Assembly: GCA_020348445.1 (NCBI GenBank)
Contig: CP070751.1
Span: forward strand, 516,594 to 580,593
Direction: 5' to 3'
Origin: Thermoplasmata archaeon
GTDB lineage: Archaea; Thermoplasmatota; Thermoplasmata; GCA-020350865
Length of the DNA: 64,000 nucleotides
Part shown: positions 8,336 through 17,100 of the stretch, piece after piece
How positions within the stretch are numbered: the first letter of the stretch is position 1
Layout: each line of letters opens with the position of its first letter
Translations under genes and position numbers: made by a program
The notes under the pieces: generated by a model
Database searches by the model: none
Told to the model about the DNA's origin: nothing
The model's input: the letters and a program-made list of their open reading frames with translations, nothing else

Positions 8336-9805
8336 CTAGTTATTTACCACCCATTCACATTTCTCAGTGGCGAAAATCCAGTATCCTTTCCCTGGTTCCA
8401 TATACTCCAATTCATCCAGGTGTTTGATGACCTTTGTAATATTGTCCTGATATAAGATGGCCTTTACCTCACCTCCAAAATTGAGGTTGTTCAGGGCATC
8501 ATTTCTCAATCTCTTGGTTGTCGAGGGGTACCCTACCAGGTTCCAACCCTCATTCAGTGTGACATTCTGAGGGGAGCTCGGTGCCTCCCCAGGGAGCATT
8601 AGGTCTGCTCCATCTGAATCCACGACATGTACCCAAAATCCTATTCTATTGTCCAAGTTGTACAAATCGTTCATATAAGGAAGCTTTGAGATGTGGTGAT
8701 GTTTCCAAGAATCTGAGGTATCAGAGGAATTGTAGGTCTGCACTGCGTCATACTCACCCGAAATGGAGCTTAGCACATATTCCATGCTCGTGTTTGAGAT
8801 GTTGATGGGGAAGGATACGAGATTCCAACCCAAATCAAGATGAATGGACCATGCAACAGGACTTACGATTATGGTTTTGAAGGCCTTGTTGTTATCCTCA
8901 TTGGTCTCAGAGATGAGCAGGTCATAATCCACAACAACATAGATATCATGACTGCCAACGGACCCTTTGGTGTCCCATATTATATTGACTGTTTCAGATT
9001 CCCCATGAATCAAGATGTGAGAAATCGAATACTCATCACCTATCTGTACCCCCCCGGCATCTGGATCACCATCATAGAATTCAACGTTGACAGGATAGGC
9101 ATCTGTTGTGCCCTGGTTGTAAATTGTTGCAGTGATGATCACATCCTGCCCTTCATACGGGGATGAAGGCTCAAATCCAATATCTGCCCCATCTATTGAG
9201 AGGTCTATTGAAACCGATCCTCCTCCATATACAGCTGTATGAAGCCCGGCATTGGGAGATCCATTCCATTCCCCTTCTAGCAAACCCAGTCCAATCTCAT
9301 GGAAATTGGGATCGATTATAATATCCCAATGAGAGGGGCTGTTCTTCCAACTGGCCATTGTACTCTCAACGTCTATTCCCCAGGTTTTGATGGCCAGGGT
9401 CTCACCAATGTAGGGACTTTCATACTCGGCATAATCGCCAACCCGTTCATAGAAGGTGGCACCAGCAAATGGGCCCTCCTCAGAGGAGGTATGGTTGAAA
9501 AAGTCGTGGTTTATCATATCCTGACTGTGTGCCCTGGCTACCCAGCAAAGGGAGGCATTGAATCTCAGTTCTCCCGCACCATTTGCAGTCCTATTCTCGT
9601 TTATCTTCTCCAATAGCTGAATCTCATATATTGTGGGCACGATATTTCCATACTTTCCTCCAGATACTGGGTGGATAAAATTTACAGATATTGTGAATAT
9701 GGATAAGGACAGAATAAGAAATAGAGAGACAGCAATCAACTTTCGATAAATATATCTCGATATATTCATAAACAATTCTCCCACACACACCAACAGCCTA
9801 ATCAA
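8336..9805 (-). CDS. Secreted CAP + CARDB protein with a C-terminal duplicated GWNL domain, paralog 2 (likely start ATG 9769)
   Basis: Same domain order and long identical peptides as 6584-8065 (GKYGNIVPT, VARAHSQDMI, TDAYPV, YMEPGKGYW). Confidence 0.88.
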   Translation of the reverse strand: MIRLLVCVGELFMNISRYIYRKLIAVSLFLILSLSIFTISVNFIHPVSGGKYGNIVPTIYEIQLLEKINENRTANGAGELRFNASLCWVARAHSQDMINHDFFNHTSSEEGPFAGATFYERVGDYAEYESPYIGETLAIKTWGIDVESTMASWKNSPSHWDIIIDPNFHEIGLGLLEGEWNGSPNAGLHTAVYGGGSVSIDLSIDGADIGFEPSSPYEGQDVIITATIYNQGTTDAYPVNVEFYDGDPDAGGVQIGDEYSISHILIHGESETVNIIWDTKGSVGSHDIYVVVDYDLLISETNEDNNKAFKTIIVSPVAWSIHLDLGWNLVSFPINISNTSMEYVLSSISGEYDAVQTYNSSDTSDSWKHHHISKLPYMNDLYNLDNRIGFWVHVVDSDGADLMLPGEAPSSPQNVTLNEGWNLVGYPSTTKRLRNDALNNLNFGGEVKAILYQDNITKVIKHLDELEYMEPGKGYWIFATEKCEWVVNN

Positions 9806-9893
9806 CTGGGTAACTTCTTTCTATAATAAATAACCTGGGGAGCTCAAATATTTTTCTATTGATTGATAATAAAAATATTAGAAGGTTGTTAAT

Positions 9894-10658
9894 CTATACA
9901 TTCGAAGTTGGAGGTTTGGGTCCCTGGCTCGGTGGTTGCTTCGGAGTTTGCTTCGGGGCTGTTGTTGTAGCGGGTCTAGTTTCCCTTACAGGCCGTCTTC
10001 TAGGGGGTGCCCGAGTAGGTCTTTTTCGCTGCCTCTGGTACATGAGCTGAAAAGCAGCACCCAAACCGAACATAATACCTCCAGCAAGTACCGCATAAGC
10101 CAGTGCAAAATCTCCTCCTACAATGAAATAAACTGCGACACCTATTAGAAATCCTCCTATTGCGGCGAGAAACACGCTCACTATCTCCTCAACAAAGAAT
10201 ATCGCGATTATGAACACTATTACACCAACGACCAGACCTACAATTATGGGAGTATTAAGATCATCTGGATTTGCGGTATAAGTTAGATAGGCTGCCGCAC
10301 CAAAGGCTAAAAGCGCGCAAACCAAAGCAACAGCGGCCTTGGCCAGGTACTGAAACAACATACTACCTATGATGGCAAAGATGAACATCAACCCAAATCC
10401 GCATAAATATCCGCCGATGGCATATCCTATGGCAAAACCGATCATAGAACCGATAATGGCCCCTAAAATAGAGATCATGAACTCCCAAATGATTTCACCG
10501 AAAAAACATAGAAGTAAACCCACTATTAATAATAGAAGCCAAACCCATGTTGGAACACTGGCTATACTGATATCAGAGGTATCGATTCCATAAGGCACAA
10601 ACAGGCCTCCATGATATAGATTATGGATGATTTCATGGTATTTAGATATTATCCCCAT
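9894..10658 (-). CDS. Multi-pass membrane protein, DUF4203 / TM7S3-TMEM198-like, with a basic Pro-rich C-terminal tail
   Basis: GLLLCFFG motif followed by Gly-rich TM helices (GAIIGSMIG, AAIGGFLIG); about 7 TM segments; tail RQRKRPTRAPPRRRP. Confidence 0.7.
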   Translation of the reverse strand: MGIISKYHEIIHNLYHGGLFVPYGIDTSDISIASVPTWVWLLLLIVGLLLCFFGEIIWEFMISILGAIIGSMIGFAIGYAIGGYLCGFGLMFIFAIIGSMLFQYLAKAAVALVCALLAFGAAAYLTYTANPDDLNTPIIVGLVVGVIVFIIAIFFVEEIVSVFLAAIGGFLIGVAVYFIVGGDFALAYAVLAGGIMFGLGAAFQLMYQRQRKRPTRAPPRRRPVRETRPATTTAPKQTPKQPPSQGPKPPTSNV

Positions 10659-10725
10659 ATTACAGAGAAAAAGAATATGCAGATATAGGATATAAAATAT
10701 CCCTGATTAACTGTCCCCAAAACCT

Positions 10726-11586
10726 TTAACCTTTCACCTTTTGAACCATGAAGCGCCGTTTCATTCTGTTTTCTTTTACAATGGTCGATTTTTTGTAGCC
10801 CTGTTCTACTTTAGCCAGCAAGTCTATTACCTTCAATAGACCTTTTTTTGTGGGGTTCCTTATATCCACTCCCGCCTCACTGAATTGCCTTCTTATGATG
10901 GGCATAGCCAACTCCATATTTCCGAAGTTGCTGCAGAAATCATCTATTATCCGATCAGTTGCTAAAACCAGGGTCAACTCCTCCTCCAGGTCTTCCACAT
11001 CCATTCGCCCTTCACCCAGGTCCTCTCTTTCCTCAATGAGTCTGTTACCAAGGGTGAGAAACAAATCCTCGACATTTTCACCTGTCTTTGCGCTGCTTGA
11101 AAAGCATGTTGAGTCATATTTTGATGCTACTTTCTCCAGATCATCCAATGAAAACTGAGCATCCTCGGTCAAATCCGATTTGTTGGCAACAAAAATCAAT
11201 TGAAGCTGGGAAATGTTGTTGCCGAGACTTTTTAACCAGTAGTCCTCTAGGCTCCCCACAGTATCCCTTCTTGTGAAATCGCATACAAAAATTACACCAT
11301 CTGCCCCTTTGAAACTCGCAGTTTGAACGCTTCTGTAATCCTTCTGGCCAAGTACATCCCAAATCATCATTGTAAGATATATAATGTCACCGTTGTTCTT
11401 TATCTCCAATTCTTTCTTTGTGACCTTGGTCCCAATGGTAGCTATGTATTTATCGTCGAATTTGTCCATTACGAACTTTCGAATCAGGCTCGTTTTGCCT
11501 ACAGCCTCATCACCCAAAAGCAGAACCTTTCGCTTGATGTATTTGGATGTGGATTTTTGTGATATTCCACCTGATCGTTTGGACAT
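10726..11586 (-). CDS. Rab-like small GTPase with an extra ~95-aa C-terminal helical domain
   Basis: G1 GDEAVGKTS, G2 ATIGT, G3 WDVLGQ, G4 NKSD, G5 SAKTG; followed by LATDRIIDDFCSNFG...AGVDIRNPTKKGLLKVIDLLAKVE. Confidence 0.92.
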   Translation of the reverse strand: MSKRSGGISQKSTSKYIKRKVLLLGDEAVGKTSLIRKFVMDKFDDKYIATIGTKVTKKELEIKNNGDIIYLTMMIWDVLGQKDYRSVQTASFKGADGVIFVCDFTRRDTVGSLEDYWLKSLGNNISQLQLIFVANKSDLTEDAQFSLDDLEKVASKYDSTCFSSSAKTGENVEDLFLTLGNRLIEEREDLGEGRMDVEDLEEELTLVLATDRIIDDFCSNFGNMELAMPIIRRQFSEAGVDIRNPTKKGLLKVIDLLAKVEQGYKKSTIVKENRMKRRFMVQKVKG

Positions 11587-11827
11587 TTGACCATCTCGAG
11601 TATACTGAAGACATTGAATAAGGTTGTATATGGCCTCAAAGAACCTTCTTGTTTCTATATTAGATGATAATGCTGGGGATATTTATATTTTTCTTGCTGA
11701 TTTGCCATAATTTTACAGGTTTTTCCAATACAATGGATTTTTTTCAAAGAGCTTCTGCCGTCACCAGAACCTCCACAAACTTAAAATAGCCAATCGCTAT
11801 TAGCAGGGCAACAGACGGTGATATCAA

Positions 11828-12019
11828 TTGGGAAAAATCAGGCCAACATATATAAAGAGAGTGGCAATCGACCTCGTTAAAAGGTACAACGAGAAATTTA
11901 CCGATGATTTCCAGCATAATAAAAGGATGGTTGCAGAGCTTACTGATGTTGAATCAATTACTATGCGAAACAAGATTGCAGGTTATATCACCCGTTATAG
12001 GAAGAAATATAACGCATAG
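11828..12019 (+). CDS. rps17e: 30S ribosomal protein eS17 (S17e)
   Basis: [13 protein letters not shown]...FTDDFQHNK...[12 protein letters not shown] signature; TTG start. Confidence 0.96.
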   Translation: MGKIRPTYIKRVAIDLVKRYNEKFTDDFQHNKRMVAELTDVESITMRNKIAGYITRYRKKYNA

Positions 12020-12200
12020 ATTTTTTTGTTTTAATAAAGTAGCTATTACTCCAATAATTAGCCATAATTGATTTATTGTGAGATTTCTTTTCCCAAATCG
12101 TTTGCATTCAAGGGTGAGGGAATCCAGACTTAAATGCTGGCAAATCCCCCTAAAAAGACATATTTATATTCAATGAAATCCATACCCCCTTGGCATTCCT

Positions 12201-12710
12201 ATGAACCGGATCAAGGTAGTGAATGAGGTAGCTGATTTGGTACCATTTTTAAGGGCTGTCAGCACCAATGTGAAAATGAGTGTTTTTAAAGAGGTTTCCG
12301 AGGATTGGCGTACTGGGAAGGAGATTGCCGATAAATATGGCGACGAAGGAAAAAGTTCGCTGAAATTACTTGAAAAAATGAAATTGGTGGAAACACGCTG
12401 GCAACCTCTAGAAGAGGATCCAGGATCGGCTCCGGAGAAGGCCTATCATACATATTACGCATCCTTTAGCATAAACGCCTCTTGCCCTGTTATTGAAATC
12501 AGCGACGTTTTGGCCGTTGCCATGATGAGTGAGAAGGAGTTCAAGAAAAACGAGAAGGAGATATACGAATCTGTTGGTTCAGACGGAAAGTTCGTCGGTG
12601 ATATCGCCGAAGAATTGAATCTTACACCCACGATGCTTAAAAGCTTGATTAAAAGATCTGCGAAACTCGAATACAGGGGGCATAGGGTAGAGAGGTTAGA
12701 GGAAGAGTAA
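12201..12710 (+). CDS. Archaeal ArsR-like winged-helix DNA-binding protein
   Basis: HTH-wing pattern (LKLLEKMKLVETRW...PEKAYHTYY) and a second HTH-like segment (VGDIAEELNLTPTMLKSLIKR). Confidence 0.6.
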   Translation: MNRIKVVNEVADLVPFLRAVSTNVKMSVFKEVSEDWRTGKEIADKYGDEGKSSLKLLEKMKLVETRWQPLEEDPGSAPEKAYHTYYASFSINASCPVIEISDVLAVAMMSEKEFKKNEKEIYESVGSDGKFVGDIAEELNLTPTMLKSLIKRSAKLEYRGHRVERLEEE

Positions 12711-12752
12711 TATCTAGAATAAAATCTAAAATCCGTAGGTTGCGGTGATTAT

Positions 12753-13139
12753 TTGGGAATAACCGATTTGGACTTCGAGAAAAGCTCCCTTTCTTTGCTG
12801 GCAGGTTTTGGCCTTGTTGCCATTGCAGGTTTCTTCTATCTCTTTCTGCGGGATAAACCCGTTGAAATCGTGGCAATAGCATTGGTTGCAATCGTACTTT
12901 CTACCTTGATGATACTTTTCTACCTCTTCGACAAACTCAAGTTCTGTCCAGCATTCATAACTGATAGGAATTCAAATCTTGTAGCAGGGATGCTGTTTGC
13001 TGTTATCTTCCTATTGATAATAGTTACATTCACTGAGATTGTAGATGAGGCCTTTGATGGATTACTGGTCATGGTTCTAACTGCCCTAACCTCGTTTTCA
13101 GTGTTTTTACTGCTCTACTCGCTGATGATGGAAGATTGA
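12753..13139 (+). CDS. Hypothetical 4-TM membrane protein
   Basis: 128 aa with four hydrophobic segments; GGTGA RBS before the TTG start. Confidence 0.65.
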   Translation: MGITDLDFEKSSLSLLAGFGLVAIAGFFYLFLRDKPVEIVAIALVAIVLSTLMILFYLFDKLKFCPAFITDRNSNLVAGMLFAVIFLLIIVTFTEIVDEAFDGLLVMVLTALTSFSVFLLLYSLMMED

Positions 13140-13171
13140 GCCCTAAAGAGAAATTACCCTCAAAACATTTT

Positions 13172-13939
13172 TCAATCCCATTTTAGATTCACGCCTGCGT
13201 ATTTCATTCTTTGTAAGGTAGTATCGTAGGGATCGATTCGTTCCTCCTCCAAATTTGTTGCCAGATCAACATCAATTGCAGAGAGTTTATTAAAAAGAGT
13301 TTTTCTTTCCTGGGAGTTCATAATACGCCTATCAGTCATTGCAGCCACATGAAAGCTTAAGTTGGCATCCTTAAGATACTCTATTCCTCGATATGGCAGG
13401 TCGATGCTCTCTTTTTTGGCACCTGTTCGCCTTTCAAATCCTTCGGGTGTTCCCGCTTTCAGGGAAACCCTGATATGAGGTTTTGTGAATCGGCTCAATT
13501 CCTCTACATAGGTTTTGTCTGCCCCAAAAAGTATACCATTGGTTTCCAGAATGAATATGCCGAATTCTGATTTCTCCACAAGGTTTAGCAGGGCAAGAAG
13601 GTGCTTTCTTCCCAGTGTGGGCTCTGCACCTGATATCCTCAACTTTCTAACACCAAACTTGTAAGCGGCTCTTTTCAGGTTCTCGAACGTTTGCGATGCA
13701 GTATAAAACTCCCCAAATTTCTCTGGAAAATCCCTTGAAGGGTCCACCCAGCAGTAGTAACACCGAAGACAACATCCCACAGTATAGCCCGTGGCAATGC
13801 CTCCATAAACACCAGTGGCATAGAAATCGGTGTACTTTCTTGCATCATCCCTGCATACGATTTTCTCGGTCTCTTTGGCAAGTTCCACTGGATCGTATGG
13901 CTCAAGGGATTTGGATAGTAGTCGGGGATATTGCTTCAT
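13172..13939 (-). CDS. Radical SAM protein (conserved uncharacterised archaeal family)
   Basis: CxxxCxxC motif GCCLRCYYCW, ISGAEPTL and ETNG motifs. Confidence 0.88.
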   Translation of the reverse strand: MKQYPRLLSKSLEPYDPVELAKETEKIVCRDDARKYTDFYATGVYGGIATGYTVGCCLRCYYCWVDPSRDFPEKFGEFYTASQTFENLKRAAYKFGVRKLRISGAEPTLGRKHLLALLNLVEKSEFGIFILETNGILFGADKTYVEELSRFTKPHIRVSLKAGTPEGFERRTGAKKESIDLPYRGIEYLKDANLSFHVAAMTDRRIMNSQERKTLFNKLSAIDVDLATNLEEERIDPYDTTLQRMKYAGVNLKWD

Positions 13940-14153
13940 ATGGCTTGGTTATCATATTCCACGTTTTTATAATCTATGTAAAAAATGTAGTAAAAATAGC
14001 AAAAGCATTGTATTGCCTCGATATAATCGATAAAAATCAATTATAGGTTATTTGGATGCGGGATGGTGTTTACCTACCAAGGTATAAATAGGGGTGTTGG
14101 GCATATTCCCATCGATAGTATTAAAAGGATAATCCACTTACTGTCTGATTCCT

Positions 14154-17100
14154 ATGGCATATAAGTACCAAGTGACGAAAATGATAGGAGAGCAATCCAA
14201 ATTCAAACCAGGCATAACCATTCACCTTATCTATATCTTGGCATTGATTGGCTTTATGATTTTTAGCTTTCTATCTAGCACCATGGCCTTGTCTATTGTA
14301 TCCACTCCAAACACCGAGCAATCGAGAGTATATCAAATTCCTGAGCCCTCCTCGAATATGCACATTTATATGAAGGCCGCATGCTTCGATCCTATAAAAG
14401 AAGAGCCAGGGATATCACCTGAGTGGACTTATACCTCGCCCAATCGCTATTTTTTGGTGCAATTTCATGGTCCCATTCAATCCCAATGGATTACGGACAT
14501 CCAATCATCTGGAGCTGTCATCTTGGGATACATACCGCAATACTCTTACTTACTCTCCATGGATATGGATGTGAAAGAGAGAATTGAAAATCTCCAATTT
14601 ATCAGATGGATTGGTTTATATCATCCAGCATATAAGATTCAAAGCCACCTTTATGAGAAACAAGGAGAAATCGAGCTCAATTTGCTGGTCTTTGAAGATC
14701 ATCATGACAATCTACACAAAGTGAGAACTCAACTGATGGCAATGGGGGGGGAAATTACTTATGCGGGGGAGGACAATCATATAATAAGGGTGAAGATAGA
14801 CGCATCCGAGTTAAAAAGCATAGCATTTATACCTGAGGTGGAATGGATCGATTTATACTCAAAACCTGTTGCTACAATGAATAAGATCCGCGCTTTCACA
14901 GGGGCCAACACCCTCTCTTCTGCTGGTTTCACAGGCTCCGGCATTGTGGGTGAAGTAAAGGACGACGGCATAGACCAAAGTCATCCGGATTTTGATGGAC
15001 AGCTGATAGGCACAGATGGTGGTCCTCCAAACGCATCACACGGCACTTGCGCTTTCGGTGTAGTGTTTTCCAATGGTGGAGGTGATTCAAATGCCATGGG
15101 AATGCTTCCCGGGGGAAAGGGTGTTTTTTGTGATTGGGGTGTCTCTACTACAACTTCTATTAGCAATCTCGTCTATACCTGGGGGGGTGTATTTCAGAGC
15201 AACAGTTGGAGTGCAGGTGCAGATGATAGCACCTACACCACAGTTTCTTTTGAGAACGATGAAGCTATAGACGATTTTGATATCGTCATGCTCCATTCAG
15301 CAGGCAATGACGGAATTGCACAGGAGACATGCACCCAGGACTCAGTGGCCAAGAATGTCATAGGCGTGGGTGCCGTGACTCATTATGACAATATCCTTAG
15401 ATCCGACGACAAATGGGTACTTTCGGTTGCAGGTAGCACCCCTGCACAGGGTCCTGCTTCCGATGGAAGGGTAAAACCAGATCTGGTGGGGCCTTTTGAT
15501 TCCATCTACACCACGGATGTTGTTGGAAATGGCGGATATAATCCTGGGGACTATTACAATTTCGCAGGAACAAGCGGTGCCACACCAGTTGTCGCAGGGG
15601 CTGTGGGTTTGGTTTACCAGATGTACAAGGAAAATTTTTTTGGTAACAACCCAGGGGGAGGGCTACCCCACGCCTCTACTGTCAAGGCCTTATTGATCGC
15701 AAATGCATATCAGTACGATTTCTCAAAGGCGAACAGGTTTCAGCAGGGTTGGGGAGGGGTGGATGTGGGGCGTGTATACGAAATGGGCCAGAATCACTTT
15801 ATCGTGAATGAAGATGACTCCCTTCAAACAGGTTTCAGTGAAATATATGAGATCACAACTCAAGGTGGGGAGCCCTTGAAGATATCCTTGGTATGGACGG
15901 ATTTACCACAACCACTTCCCGCAACAAAGCCTCTCATCAACGATTTGCATTTAAAGGTAACAGACCCCAACAATGTCGTTTACTGGGGGAATGTAGGGTT
16001 GAACACCTCCAAATGGTCCTCCGCAGGCGGAAGTGCCGATACAATAAACAATGTTGAGAACGTGTTCATAGAGAATCCCACACCAGGTTTCTGGACAGTG
16101 GAGGTGATCGGAGGAAATATTCCTTTGGATGGCGATCCCACAGTCCCGGGTGTAAACCAGGCATATGCTCTAATTGCATCAAATGCAATAGAAACATTGA
16201 CCGTCGATATTACGAATCCATCATCTTCCGAAATTTTGAATGATATCATTACGATAACAGGCATTTCATCTGAACATGTTAGCCAGGTTGAGGTGAGGAT
16301 AGATAGTGGTTCTTGGGAGTTGGCATCAGGAACCACAGATTGGTCTTTCGAATGGGACACCCGCTTATTTTCTGATGGGGATCATACAATATATGTTAGG
16401 GGAGTCAACGGAACAATGTATTCGAAAGTCAAGTCAGTTGAGGTATCGCTTGATAACACCCCCCCGACAACCTCGATTATTGTAGGAGATCCAAAATACC
16501 TAAACGGCTCCCAATTGTTCGTCTCTGATTTGACTCAATTCAATTTAAATGCCGCAGACAGCGGAAGCGGATTATTTTATACACGATATCGGATAGTTTA
16601 CGAGGGAAACGAGGTTGTGGGTTGGACAATTGGCAATTCATTTACACTTTCGTGGGGTGAGGGCTACTATACGATCCAATACGACAGTGAAGACATGTTA
16701 GGAAACAAAGAGGCTACCAATACAACCTTCGCGTATGTGGATTCATCCTCTCCAAAAACCAGTTTACAGATTGGAATGCCAAAATACCGCGACTACTCTT
16801 TTCATGTATTGAATGTTACTAACTCTACACCTTTTACCATATTGCTTTTGGAGGAGGCAAGCTCAGTGGATTTTTTCTGGTACACTATCGATGGGGCATA
16901 TTTTTTGGGTCAGACCTTTGATTTGACAGGTTTTCTTGACGGTATTCATATAATTACTTGGGGGAGCCAGGATGTCTTCGGCTTTAATGAATCTGGCAAT
17001 GAAATCAATGTGACTCTGGATTCAACAGCCCCCGATACATTCTTGGATATTGGTCCTTTAAAATTCCGCGAATTTTCATTTGACTTGTGGAATGTCACAT

